From Nitrosopumilaceae archaeon (GTDB taxonomy: Archaea > Thermoproteota > Nitrososphaeria > Nitrososphaerales > Nitrosopumilaceae), in assembly GCA_965208905.1 (NCBI GenBank), contig OZ242365.1:1632001-1696000 (forward strand): a stretch of DNA of 64,000 nucleotides. Reading direction: 5' to 3'. Shown here piece by piece: positions 1-10,013 of this stretch (the stretch's first letter is position 1; each line of letters opens with the position of its first letter). The notes below the pieces were generated by a model. That model was given only the letters and a program-made list of their open reading frames with translations, had not been told where the DNA came from and ran no database searches. The position numbers were made by a program, and so were the translations under genes.

Positions 1-176
1 GCGAAGTTGGGGTTGAAAACCAAGAGGGGGATGTACATGATGCCTGCTATGATGAATTATGGAGACGGTGGAGGGGAGACCTCTATTTTTTGTGGCGAAG
101 AATCAGTGGTGTGGGATGCACAGGCCTGTGAACAATGCCAGGCTAATCAGGTGTATGTAGGCTACTCGGGTGGTAC

Positions 177-383
177 ATGATGGATGTATGCCGATATTGT
201 GGTGGAGAGATTGGGCCTGAAAACCTTGGCAACAGTGCGCATGACGCATGTTTGTCCGAATATTCCCGGCGGAAGGATTCCGGCCTTTGTGTGTCGTGCG
301 GTGAAGAGACTGATGGTTATCAGTGCGAGGAATGCCATGGGCGCGGCGGGATGGAGTATGACAACTACCCGGGCGGTACATGA
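177..383 (+). CDS. small Cys-rich zinc-finger protein
   Basis: 68 aa with CRYC, HDAC, CVSC and CEEC; ATGA overlap with the upstream ORF. Confidence 0.6.
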   Translation: MMDVCRYCGGEIGPENLGNSAHDACLSEYSRRKDSGLCVSCGEETDGYQCEECHGRGGMEYDNYPGGT

Positions 384-451
384 TGGTATGCATGTTTGTG
401 GTGGGGAGACATCTCTGTAACCCTAAAACGAATCCTACCACATAACATATT

Positions 452-2287
452 ATGGATTTAAAGTCATTTCTTTCGGCCAAGTCAAAGAAAAGCACGCCCA
501 TCACATATCAGGTGAACGGCATAAACTACAGAGCACTGTCACCGGACGACCAGCGCGAGCAGGAGGAGGCATTCCTTACGATACTGCGCTCTCTGGAGAA
601 ACCCGTCGAGATAGCGCGCGCACCGCAGGGTGGTGTACTGTATGACGGCACCGAATACTCGCAGTACATGATATACTTTACATCCGAGCAGGACCTGGAG
701 GTTCCGCTTCGCCGCGCAGGGTACTCACCCGTTCGGCTGGACAGGCCGTTCACGCACAATGTCAAACAGGAGTATGCAGACCACCTGCAACTGGCCGATG
801 ACTCGCGCGTGCGCGTATACAACATATACGGTCTAAGGCACGGGCTGAACGAGACGGCCTGGATTATCAACCTGCCCTCGCACGAGATAATCACGCGCAT
901 ATATCCCATGGAGCCATCAAAGGCAAGAAGCGAACTGACAAAGTTCATCAATGTGGGCGCCTCAAGGATGAACGACCCCACAATAAATTATGATGTGCAG
1001 GAGGCAATACAACTGCGCACGGCCATAAACAATGACGAGACCGGCATGGTGGAGGTATCGATACACGCACTGCAGTACGGCTTTGACGCAAAACATCTGC
1101 GGGAGGAGTGCAGAAACATGGAGCGCACATGCAGGCTCCAACAACTGCGATACACGACCGTGCGCGGCCTGCAGAGAAGGTTGCTTGAGGGGTGGGGCAA
1201 CTCGTTCATATTCGAGATTGGCTCGGCAGCGCTGGCATTCTTTCCGTTTAATTCCGCAGACTTGGTAGAGCCGGGCGGCGTCATACTTGGATACAACAAC
1301 ATGACCGAGACTCCGGTGGTGTATGATTATACGCGCAGGGTAAACTCAAACGTAACGTTTGTCGGTGAATCCGGCAAGGGCAAGTCCACGACCACAAAAA
1401 CATACCTGGACAACTTTCTGTCCCGCTCCACGCAAAACACGATGGTCACCATAATAGACCCGCACGGCGAGTATGTTGCACTCGCAGAGAGGTGGAACTG
1501 CGAGGTGCGCGATCTGGCCAAGCGTGACAATATGGGCCTGGATCCGTTCAGGATATTGGACAATCCATCCAACGCGGTCGGACTTTTGGCAGAGTGTACC
1601 GGCATGGATGATGCCGCAAAGTCCGTCTGCATATCCCAATGTGAAGGCATACAGTCCGTACACGACATGCATAAGACATTGGATACATCAGACTACCAGA
1701 AGGATGTATCAAGACGTGCGGCGGCATATCTTGCGCAGTTCACGTCATCCGATATCGCGGGGATATTTGAGGGAGATCCCACCGCCCCGCAGCGTGTAAT
1801 ATACACACTGCGCGGGGAGGACAAGACCAGGCTGAACGCGATGCTTGTATCGATGGTGATGGCGCGCGCCTGGCGCTCGATGCGCGAGGCCGAGACGCAT
1901 ACGCCAAAACTTTTCGTGATAGACGAGGGGTGGTACGTATCATCGATGGATGCGACCGGAGCAATACTTTCGGATATAGCCCGTTCGGGCCGCAAGGAGA
2001 ACGTGCATCTGCTGTTTTTGACCCAAGAGCCGGACGACATACTGAACAACCAGTACGGCAAGGATGTGCTGATGAACTCCGATACTACGTTTTTGCTGGG
2101 CCTGAAGCCCGCACTGGCCGACCAGCTGCAGTCGGTACTACATTTGTCGGATACCGAGAAGAAGGATGTCGAACGACTGGGTCTGGGTGATTGCATTCTG
2201 CGGGCCGGAGCCAACCGCATATACATGCACTGTACGCCCACTGCGCAACAGATGACGGCATTTACGACCAAGCCTGGTGATGTGTAA
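452..2287 (+). CDS. virB4: VirB4-like conjugative transfer ATPase (FtsK/HerA superfamily)
   Basis: Walker A GESGKGKS, IIDPHGEY, Walker B FVIDEGW and R-finger region SGRKENVHLLFLTQ. Confidence 0.8.
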   Translation: MDLKSFLSAKSKKSTPITYQVNGINYRALSPDDQREQEEAFLTILRSLEKPVEIARAPQGGVLYDGTEYSQYMIYFTSEQDLEVPLRRAGYSPVRLDRPFTHNVKQEYADHLQLADDSRVRVYNIYGLRHGLNETAWIINLPSHEIITRIYPMEPSKARSELTKFINVGASRMNDPTINYDVQEAIQLRTAINNDETGMVEVSIHALQYGFDAKHLREECRNMERTCRLQQLRYTTVRGLQRRLLEGWGNSFIFEIGSAALAFFPFNSADLVEPGGVILGYNNMTETPVVYDYTRRVNSNVTFVGESGKGKSTTTKTYLDNFLSRSTQNTMVTIIDPHGEYVALAERWNCEVRDLAKRDNMGLDPFRILDNPSNAVGLLAECTGMDDAAKSVCISQCEGIQSVHDMHKTLDTSDYQKDVSRRAAAYLAQFTSSDIAGIFEGDPTAPQRVIYTLRGEDKTRLNAMLVSMVMARAWRSMREAETHTPKLFVIDEGWYVSSMDATGAILSDIARSGRKENVHLLFLTQEPDDILNNQYGKDVLMNSDTTFLLGLKPALADQLQSVLHLSDTEKKDVERLGLGDCILRAGANRIYMHCTPTAQQMTAFTTKPGDV

Positions 2288-2523
2288 TGTCGAAGGTTCT
2301 TGCGCAGCGTACTGTACAGGCATCCGGGAATAATATAACATGTGAGATCATTGCTACCGGGAACGGACCTGCACTCAAGGTAGAGGATTGTCCTCTTGTG
2401 CCGCTATCATTGGCGGAGACGCATAAACTGCTGTATAGGTTCGCGCGTGCAACACCTGGTGATGGGGAGGGGCTTACGCCGGCCGGTGAACGGCTGGCGG
2501 CAGTATTGGGGGAGTTGGTATGA
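2287..2523 (+). CDS. hypothetical protein
   Basis: Overlaps the virB4 stop and the next start; operon-like. Confidence 0.55.
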   Translation: MSKVLAQRTVQASGNNITCEIIATGNGPALKVEDCPLVPLSLAETHKLLYRFARATPGDGEGLTPAGERLAAVLGELV

Positions 2524-2801
2524 AGCAGTACGACAACCTCAAGTATGCGCAGCGCGCCGGCTCAGATATTACTTTACGCTGTACAATACATGCAGTATAC
2601 CCCATAGAGAAGCGGGGAGGGGTTGATGTGCGCAGACTGGACATAACAGATGGTACAATGACGGCAAAACTCGTGGTGTTTGGCAATCAAGCCCAAATGC
2701 CGTACAAAAAGGAGCATAGTATAGTTGCCGGGCCCGTATATTATAGCGACCAGTACCAGAACTTTTCACTAAAGCGCGGCGGCTTCATACACATTCAGTA
2801 G
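2520..2801 (+). CDS. single OB-fold ssDNA-binding protein (SSB/RPA-like)
   Basis: VRRLDITDGTMTAKLVVFG matches the RPA/SSB OB-fold 'l.D.Tg.i.l..w' pattern; 93 aa. Confidence 0.6.
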   Translation: MKQYDNLKYAQRAGSDITLRCTIHAVYPIEKRGGVDVRRLDITDGTMTAKLVVFGNQAQMPYKKEHSIVAGPVYYSDQYQNFSLKRGGFIHIQ

Positions 2802-3586
2802 AGACCCGCGGCCTTGTCCTTCTCGTGCTGTTGTACAACACTCTCAAATGTTACGTCCGGCTCCTTGGCCTCCCAAAATCCCTCGGGCGCGCCTGCCCAC
2901 TCCTCACCGCAGAATATGCAGTTGCTGAATTTGGGGTACTTGTTGTAATACTCTCCATATGAGTAGTGTATCATACATTCGTGCTGGCCTCCCTCCGGAC
3001 ACGTACCACATCGCACCCGGCCAATCGCAGTATATGTGTCCACCAAATCCAGATACCTCAATGTGTCTTTCTTGAATGGCGCTATACGCATGGAGTCCAA
3101 CTCCTTCTTGGTGGCGCACCTTGGCTTCTCCCAGGGTTCGTCCCACGGTATCTTCTCCGGCCTTATGTTATCACAGCTGTTCATCGTACTCCCGCAGTAA
3201 ATGCAGTTGCACTCTACTTTGTCCGGCGTCACAGTAACGATATACGCATGGTGCTTTAGATTTACATCATAGTTTATCTCTTCATGGCGAAGTTTGTCTC
3301 CCAGTCCGTGTATCCTCATCTCCATCCTTGTTCTGTCATCACTATCCCCGAAAAGCGTCTTGGTATCGTCATCCTTGATGGTATCACACCTGCCAAAATT
3401 GTACCGCCCTACAAACATTTTGGGGCCTACGCGATCCATGTAATCCCAATCCTCTCCTGCCCCCTTCATGTCTAGGCGGACAAACTTCTCCCATGCTGTC
3501 TGCCTGGCGCGCCGTGTACGAACGCCTGCATCAGTTGGCTTGTAGTTGGGATTGGTCATATCGACCTCCCGTTTTGGCTCTGCCAT
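2795..3586 (-). CDS. hypothetical Cys-rich protein
   Basis: 263 aa ORF with CNCIYCG, CGTC and NCIFCG motifs. Confidence 0.6.
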   Translation of the reverse strand: MAEPKREVDMTNPNYKPTDAGVRTRRARQTAWEKFVRLDMKGAGEDWDYMDRVGPKMFVGRYNFGRCDTIKDDDTKTLFGDSDDRTRMEMRIHGLGDKLRHEEINYDVNLKHHAYIVTVTPDKVECNCIYCGSTMNSCDNIRPEKIPWDEPWEKPRCATKKELDSMRIAPFKKDTLRYLDLVDTYTAIGRVRCGTCPEGGQHECMIHYSYGEYYNKYPKFSNCIFCGEEWAGAPEGFWEAKEPDVTFESVVQQHEKDKAAGLY

Positions 3587-3815
3587 ACTGAGTATTGTAT
3601 TGGTGGCATAAAAGGGGTGGGGGCGTCAAGAAACGCAGACTATACAAAACCATCAACGTTGTGGGTTTAAGGGGAAGGGTGGCGGGTGTGCCGGGCCCGC
3701 ACCACCCAGACATGATACAACGAGGGAGAATAAACCCCGCCCGGCTGGTTATACAAAGCATGGTTGCATTTAAGGCCACATATGACGTTAAACGTGGTGG
3801 CACCGTAAGTTAACC

Positions 3816-4622
3816 ATGAGTGCACAATTCCAGGTGAGCAGCGGCAGAAATCAGTACCATCTAATCCCGTATGTTGGCAACAAGTCTGGATTCTCCCACA
3901 TATTTGACAGTCTTATCCCGAATTCAATACGGGGGAAGAATATATTTGATCTGTTCGGTGGCGGGGGGTCGTTCTCCATATACTGTTCGTACAGGTTTGG
4001 CGCCAAATACGTCACGTATAACGACAATAATCCAATAATCACCAATTTTATCGACTGGGTCAGGAGAGATCCAAGGGAACTGGCAGCAGAATACAACACA
4101 CACAGGGAAAAATCAGACAATCAATACTATCTGGGTATACGCGACATGTCGCTGGATGATGGTGTGGTTGGGGCGGGGAGATTCCTGTATCTGGCAAAGA
4201 ACGCATTCTCAGGCAAGATTCGCTTCAACAAACACAATAAATTCAACTCGCCCATGAGGAAAGACTCCAAATGCCCGAATCTGGATGTCGGGCAGTTTAT
4301 GCGCATAAGTGATGCAATACGGGAGATGACAATAACAAATGAGAGTTTTGAGCATTATGTTGATGTTCATGACGGGTTTGTCTATCTGGATCCCCCATAC
4401 ATGGAGAATCCAAACAACCACTACAACGGTGTACCCGATACCGAAGATTTCATCGACTTTGTCAGGAGGGTGGGCAAGCATAACCTGGTGATGATATCCG
4501 AGCAGAATAGGGTTGAACTGCCTGCATCATTTCAAATACATCGCATATTACTGAGGCGTTCACTTCAATACAGAACGCAGACAGACAGTAGGGAGATAAT
4601 CGCCATTAATTACCGCACATGA
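3816..4622 (+). CDS. dam: orphan DNA adenine methyltransferase (D12/Dam class)
   Basis: PYVGNK, DLFGGGGS (motif I) and VYLDPPY (motif IV); TTAAACGT box at 3788-3795. Confidence 0.9.
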   Translation: MSAQFQVSSGRNQYHLIPYVGNKSGFSHIFDSLIPNSIRGKNIFDLFGGGGSFSIYCSYRFGAKYVTYNDNNPIITNFIDWVRRDPRELAAEYNTHREKSDNQYYLGIRDMSLDDGVVGAGRFLYLAKNAFSGKIRFNKHNKFNSPMRKDSKCPNLDVGQFMRISDAIREMTITNESFEHYVDVHDGFVYLDPPYMENPNNHYNGVPDTEDFIDFVRRVGKHNLVMISEQNRVELPASFQIHRILLRRSLQYRTQTDSREIIAINYRT

Positions 4623-4923
4623 TGGGGGGCTGGTAAGAAACGCTGACCTAATCGTCGTTGTTAGTTGGTGGGTGTGCGTTGCTTTTGAGCAGACCGCCGA
4701 ATGATACCAAGCAGACTACCAACAACCATGATGTAGGTCACATCTATCTGTCACGCCGAACAGTACTACAAGCAGCATGGTAGTGAGTAACCCCAGGAAG
4801 ACTTGGCATGGGTGCTGGTGCAAAGCCTGCCGGGGCTGCCGGCGCAGCCGTGGGTAAGGCTGGTGGCGGCCCAGGTACAAAAGCCACATAGCGCCTTAAA
4901 CGTAACCGGTATGATTACGGGGC

Positions 4924-5037
4924 ATGCCGTTCAAGTGCGATTGGTGTGGGGAGATATGCGATGACAGCCTCCGTACAGCAATTCCCAATACATGTCGATA
5001 TTGTGAGGATACGGCTACTGACTTTTCACGGGAATAG
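4924..5037 (+). CDS. 37-aa zinc-finger micro-protein (MPFKCDWCGEIC...CRYC...)
   Basis: Read manually (below ORF cutoff); two CxxC motifs; TTAAACGT box at 4896-4903 just upstream. Confidence 0.5.
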   Translation: MPFKCDWCGEICDDSLRTAIPNTCRYCEDTATDFSRE

Positions 5038-5236
5038 TTTCATACATGAATAAACACTACTCATGCCTTTTTTGGAGCCATGTATTGTACCCTGCGCAGC
5101 GCTGGTTTGTTGCCGCCGTGCCAGAGTGCCAGTTTTGCGGATACGAGATATACAACGGGACAGTCCACAAATTATTGTAATGGGTCAGGAGTCAGGATGT
5201 GTTGCACGTAGATTATCCGGCCTTGCGCAGTACCTT

Positions 5237-5770
5237 TTATCTGTTCTCCAGTTCCATTAGTAGTTGTCGTTTCTTCTGAATGGCATCCAAAAGATGGTTG
5301 GAGTACCACGGGCTTATATGCTCATTGCGCTTGGCTATCTCTTCGTATCGGTCCAGCGGCCCACGGTCACTTAATATCCGCACACATGCATCCATACATT
5401 CCAGTTCAGCATATTCTTTCTGGAGTTTAACCAATTCACGCCCGTCTGCGCGACCGATCTTCTCCTTGACGGCGCGCATCTCTGCCTCATAAAAACACGG
5501 TCTGTCCAAAACTCTCAACTGTTCCACCGACCTCATGAGGGCGCCAGCGAACCAGGGAGATGCGTGTTCGGCGCGCTTGGCTATCTCTTCGTATCGGTCC
5601 AGCGGCCCACGGTCACTTAATATCCGCACACATGCATCCATACATTCCAGTTCAGCATACTCATCTTGGAGTTTGGTTATAATGGTATGATTGCCATTTT
5701 GTTCTGCTCGTCTGATGTCATCAAGTTTGCTTTTCATCTGCGTTGCCCAGTAACCTTCCATACATACCAT
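5237..5770 (-). CDS. hypothetical protein with internal duplicated domain
   Basis: YAELECMDACVRILSDRGPLDRYEEIAKR occurs twice. Confidence 0.65.
   Translation of the reverse strand: MVCMEGYWATQMKSKLDDIRRAEQNGNHTIITKLQDEYAELECMDACVRILSDRGPLDRYEEIAKRAEHASPWFAGALMRSVEQLRVLDRPCFYEAEMRAVKEKIGRADGRELVKLQKEYAELECMDACVRILSDRGPLDRYEEIAKRNEHISPWYSNHLLDAIQKKRQLLMELENR
5327..5659. repeat. perfect 87-bp direct repeat (5327-5413 and 5573-5659)
   Basis: Identical DNA copies 246 bp apart, in frame. Confidence 0.9.
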
Positions 5771-5810
5771 ATACCAACTATGTTTTTAAACGTGGTGCGT
5801 GTAGGAATGT

Positions 5811-5999
5811 GTGTCACCTGAAACCGAATACAACGATCTTATGGATGAAAAAATAAGATTGGGTAAATTTATAGCAGTAGTGGAAAATGAAATATCTCGC
5901 TTCGAAGTTGAGATTGAGGTGGGTAAACTACGCATATCAGAAGCAGAAGATAGAATTACCGAGATTGATGTACGGTTGGCCGAAATTCAGGGCACTTAA
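5811..5999 (+). CDS. small coiled-coil protein
   Basis: Heptad E/K/I pattern; TTAAACGT box at 5786-5793. Confidence 0.55.
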   Translation: MSPETEYNDLMDEKIRLGKFIAVVENEISRFEVEIEVGKLRISEAEDRITEIDVRLAEIQGT

Positions 6000-6155
6000 T
6001 GGTTGGGACTGGTAAGTTAGCGTGAGATACCAGCCTGCGTTTCCACATATGTTGGCGCCGGGTTTCATCAGCACCACCGTACCCCAATCATCAAGATGCA
6101 CCAGTTCCTTGAAGTCGGTACACTTATTTATACATACCAGATCTGGAGTTTGAAA

Positions 6156-8012
6156 ATGATGCCTGACTACGCGGACCTAGAAATGAAGGTGGAACTCACC
6201 GTTATAGAGGATCTTGGCATGAACCTGTACGGCAAGCTCCCTTCAGTCATATCAGAGCTGGTGGCCAACGCGTGGGATGCCGACGCAACCACGGTCAAGA
6301 TAACGCTGGACGAGGGCGAAGTTAACGAGAGCACCAAAATCGTTGTTGAGGATGACGGGTACGGTATGTCGTACGACGACATTCAGGACAAGTATCTGCG
6401 GGTTGGGCGAAAGCGACGCGACGAAGAACGCGAGATAACCCCCAAAGGAAGAAAGGTCATGGGCAGAAAAGGCATAGGCAAGCTGTCGGTGTTTGGAGTG
6501 GCGACCGACACCAAGATCAAAACCGTCATGCAAGGCAAGATGACCGTATTTCAAATGAATGTCGACAATATGATCAAGATGGCCAGGGAAAACCGAAAGT
6601 ACTACCCAGACACAAAATGCCAAAATAGTATGACTGATGAGGTGCAGGGTACCACCATCACGCTCACTAACCTGAAACGAAAGAGCGACATAGATGCCGA
6701 AGCGATTCGGAGAAGCATCGCTAGACATTTTTCCGTAATAGGTGAGGAGTTTACGGTATCGGTAAACGGACGTGACGTTTCGCCCTCCGACAAGATCAAC
6801 AAGTCCGCATTAAAAGAGGATGTGTGGGAGTTTGACGAGTTTGTTGACGATAAGCGCAAATGGCGCGTGTCTGGCTGGATCGGCGCGACGGAGAGTACGC
6901 TGGACGAGGAAGATCTCGGCGTTACGATAATGGCCAGGGGGAAGATGATCCAGAGGTCCACCATGTTTGACGTTAAGAGCGGAAACAGGTTTTACTATTC
7001 GTATATTACGGGACAGATTGACGCAGAATTCTTTGATGCGGAGTTGGATCTCATGTCCACGAACAGACAGTCCGTAATATGGGATACGCCCCAGGGGGAT
7101 ATGTTGAAGAAGTGGGGTGCGGGCAAGATTCGCGAAATATCGGGAAAGTTGGCTGAAACACGAAGAACCCGAAGCGAAGAAATTCTGATGAGCGAGCCGG
7201 AATTTGACGTCTGGCGCAAGGGACTTGAGAGAAGGGAAAGACAGAAGGCAGACAAAATCATATGCATTCTAACTGCAAAAGAGAATATGAGCGATGAGAG
7301 ACGGAAGGAAATCATGCAGCACATCATAACCGTGTTCGAGCAGAACGTGTTTCAGGATCTGTTGGCAGAGCTTGAAAAAAATGAGGATCCGGCTACCCTG
7401 CTGAGCGTATTTGAGCAGTGGGACATAGTAGAAGCGCGCGAGATCGAAAGGGTGGTCAAAGGCAGGCTCAAAACCATAGAAATGTTAAGAGAACATATCG
7501 AGAAACGCTCCACAGAAGTACCAAAACTACACAACTATTTCAAAAAATGGCCTTGGATGCTGGATCCTACTTGGACGAAGTGGCGCCATGAGGTCCACTA
7601 TTCCGAGATTCTACGGCATAATTTTCCAGAAAAACGGCTAAATGAGGGTAATCGCCGCTTGGACTTTATTGCAGTGGGTACGGGTGACACGATACACGTA
7701 GTGGAACTGAAAAGACCAGGATACGCAATAACCGAGAAAGATATGATACAATTGATCAACTACGTGGAATTCGTCAGAGAGAAATTGGGGAACGACGATG
7801 AGAGGGGCTACAGCGCTGTTGCCGGATACATTGTTGCGGGAAAGATACCGCGCTCCCGTACCGTGCGAAAACTGATTGAGGAGGGAAAGCCGTCCAGGCG
7901 CTACGTCAGAACGTACGACGGCTTACTCACGACGGCTAAAACTCTTCATGCCGCATTTGAAGAAAAACTGGCCGAATTCAGTCATTCCACAAGAGACGAT
8001 AAAGATGACTAA
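6156..8012 (+). CDS. GHKL (MORC/HATPase_c_3) ATPase fused to a C-terminal PD-(D/E)xK nuclease
   Basis: ELVANAWDA, DDGYGM, GRKGIGK and GTTITL motifs; RLDFIA...VVELKRPG nuclease motif; start chosen after a TATA-like box at ~6124. Confidence 0.8.
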   Translation: MMPDYADLEMKVELTVIEDLGMNLYGKLPSVISELVANAWDADATTVKITLDEGEVNESTKIVVEDDGYGMSYDDIQDKYLRVGRKRRDEEREITPKGRKVMGRKGIGKLSVFGVATDTKIKTVMQGKMTVFQMNVDNMIKMARENRKYYPDTKCQNSMTDEVQGTTITLTNLKRKSDIDAEAIRRSIARHFSVIGEEFTVSVNGRDVSPSDKINKSALKEDVWEFDEFVDDKRKWRVSGWIGATESTLDEEDLGVTIMARGKMIQRSTMFDVKSGNRFYYSYITGQIDAEFFDAELDLMSTNRQSVIWDTPQGDMLKKWGAGKIREISGKLAETRRTRSEEILMSEPEFDVWRKGLERRERQKADKIICILTAKENMSDERRKEIMQHIITVFEQNVFQDLLAELEKNEDPATLLSVFEQWDIVEAREIERVVKGRLKTIEMLREHIEKRSTEVPKLHNYFKKWPWMLDPTWTKWRHEVHYSEILRHNFPEKRLNEGNRRLDFIAVGTGDTIHVVELKRPGYAITEKDMIQLINYVEFVREKLGNDDERGYSAVAGYIVAGKIPRSRTVRKLIEEGKPSRRYVRTYDGLLTTAKTLHAAFEEKLAEFSHSTRDDKDD

Positions 8013-8114
8013 CAGATTGGATGAAAACCTCTGGAGGAAAAGGTAGGTCTGGTTTGATGTCAAGGCGTTTGAATGCCAGATGCGTGTTTGTCAATCGAAA
8101 ATGCATTGGTCGGA

Positions 8115-9116
8115 TCAAGCAGTTGCATGAACAACTATCGCCTCGCCCAACGCCTTGGCCATGAGCGGCGGTACCGCGTTGCCTATGTGAGCGGCATTTC
8201 TGGTCATGCAGGAGTAAAATACGTAATCGTCACCGAACGACTGGAGAGCCGCCGCCTCGCGTACCGATATTGCCCTATGCTGTTCGGGATGACCGAACCT
8301 CCCGTTGCTAAAACTTATGCACTTGCAGGTAAGAGTCGGAGCGGGTGCGTCCCAGCGCATCCTTCCGTAGGTATCGGTGTGGCCCGTATGATTCAAGTGG
8401 CACCCTGTCCACATACTCCTTTCGGTATCGGTCCTCGATCCGCCGTTTATGGGCGTACGTTTTATCCGTTCTAGGAGTCGATTCGACAGACGGGGCGCAA
8501 CGTGATTTTTCACGTCCGGTACGCTCTGACCCACCTTCATTTCCGGAAAGTGGGATATTGCGTGTCGAACGGTTTTGATCTCGTCGTTGCCGTCGGGTAT
8601 GGATATGCGCCCTTTTCTGGAGGCGAGCAGAACGTAGCGCCGTCGGGTCTGCGGCACCCCGTAGCGTTTGGCGTTGACTACGCGTTCGTCCACAACGTAT
8701 CCGTTATCGTTCAACGTTTTCCGAAAGGCGGTTTTAAACGGGTTGTTCTTGCGGAATCCGGGCACGTTTTCGATCAATATATAGTCCGGTAAAACGTCCT
8801 TGACGATATCCCCTACGCATCCTATCAGGGACCTGCGCTCGTCGTCGGCTCCACGTGGGGCGTGTTGGGAAAACGGTTGGCAGGGGGCGCATCCGGCCAA
8901 CAGCAACCCCTCGTCGCGATTCACCCCGTCTATCACATCGTCCGAAGAGATATCGCGTATGTTTGCGTGAACGAACTCGGCGCCCGGATTGTTTCGTTCG
9001 TAGGTTTCCTTGACGGCTTTGTCCGCGTCTATGCCTCGAACTACTCGTACGCCAGCGTCCAGCAAGCCGCGCGTGAGGCCGCCCGCACCGCAGAATATGT
9101 CGACGCAGTACACCAT
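8115..9116 (-). CDS. dcm: DNA cytosine-5 methyltransferase
   Basis: DIFCGAGG, APCQPFS, ENVPG, PQTRRR and IGNAVPP motifs. Confidence 0.95.
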   Translation of the reverse strand: MVYCVDIFCGAGGLTRGLLDAGVRVVRGIDADKAVKETYERNNPGAEFVHANIRDISSDDVIDGVNRDEGLLLAGCAPCQPFSQHAPRGADDERRSLIGCVGDIVKDVLPDYILIENVPGFRKNNPFKTAFRKTLNDNGYVVDERVVNAKRYGVPQTRRRYVLLASRKGRISIPDGNDEIKTVRHAISHFPEMKVGQSVPDVKNHVAPRLSNRLLERIKRTPINGGSRTDTERSMWTGCHLNHTGHTDTYGRMRWDAPAPTLTCKCISFSNGRFGHPEQHRAISVREAAALQSFGDDYVFYSCMTRNAAHIGNAVPPLMAKALGEAIVVHATA

Positions 9117-9117
9117 G

Positions 9118-9543
9118 TTACGATACCTCCGCCCCGCTATTTATTTTTAGTAAAACCGATTCGGGATCGTTCGCCTCGTGCTCCCATATCTCGACCACGG
9201 CAAATCCCAAAGACTCCAATTCGATTTTTACTTTGTCGCGCCGTCTTCGATTACCTTCTATCTTGGAGCGCCAAAAATCGACGTTGGTTTGGGGCAAGGT
9301 GCGACACGTTGGGCATCCGTGCCAAAAGCAACCGTCCACGAATATCGCCATTCGTTTACTCTTGTTGGATATGTCGGGCGTTCCCGGTAGCGTTCTGTCG
9401 TGTATCCTGTACCGAAAACCGGCCCTCCACAATATTCGACGAACCGAGAGTTCGGGTTTCGTGTTCTTTGACCGTACGCTGGACATTATCCTGCTACGCG
9501 CCTCCGCCGAAACCCGGTCCGTCATTGCTGACGTCTGGTCCAT
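9118..9543 (-). CDS. vsr: very short patch repair endonuclease
   Basis: RSRIMSSVRSKNTKPE, LPGTPDI, FVDGCFWHGC and VVEIWEHE. Confidence 0.95.
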   Translation of the reverse strand: MDQTSAMTDRVSAEARSRIMSSVRSKNTKPELSVRRILWRAGFRYRIHDRTLPGTPDISNKSKRMAIFVDGCFWHGCPTCRTLPQTNVDFWRSKIEGNRRRRDKVKIELESLGFAVVEIWEHEANDPESVLLKINSGAEVS

Positions 9544-10013
9544 GCGGTATTAAACTGTTAAATCTGAAGGGGACCGGTAAGAAATGCTGACTTATACGCG
9601 ACTGGGAAAGTACGGACCTGGAGTCTAGGCGTGTGGAGCGGAAACATACGTAGATCACAAACCCCTCCCGGCCGCCACAACTTTCCCACCCAGCCCAGAT
9701 TAACGACACATACCGTTAATCATACTGAAAAAAATTATTCGGGTGGTTGGTTGTTTACCCAGCCGGTCTGCCATACATGCGGCCTGCGCCAACCGCCGCT
9801 TCTGTATGGCTTCCCGGCCAATGCCAGGTGGCTTACAGGGGCGTGCACGCCTCCAAGGCAGCGTGGTGGCGCGCGGGTAACAATCCGAATCAGACCCAAT
9901 CTGGCGCCCGCCACGCCGTCCCGACCGCTAGAACCATGCACGAGGAGAATCTGGTCTGAACTATTTCGTCCACGTTTACTCATATTTGTGTGAGCTGTGT
10001 AATAATCGGCGCT

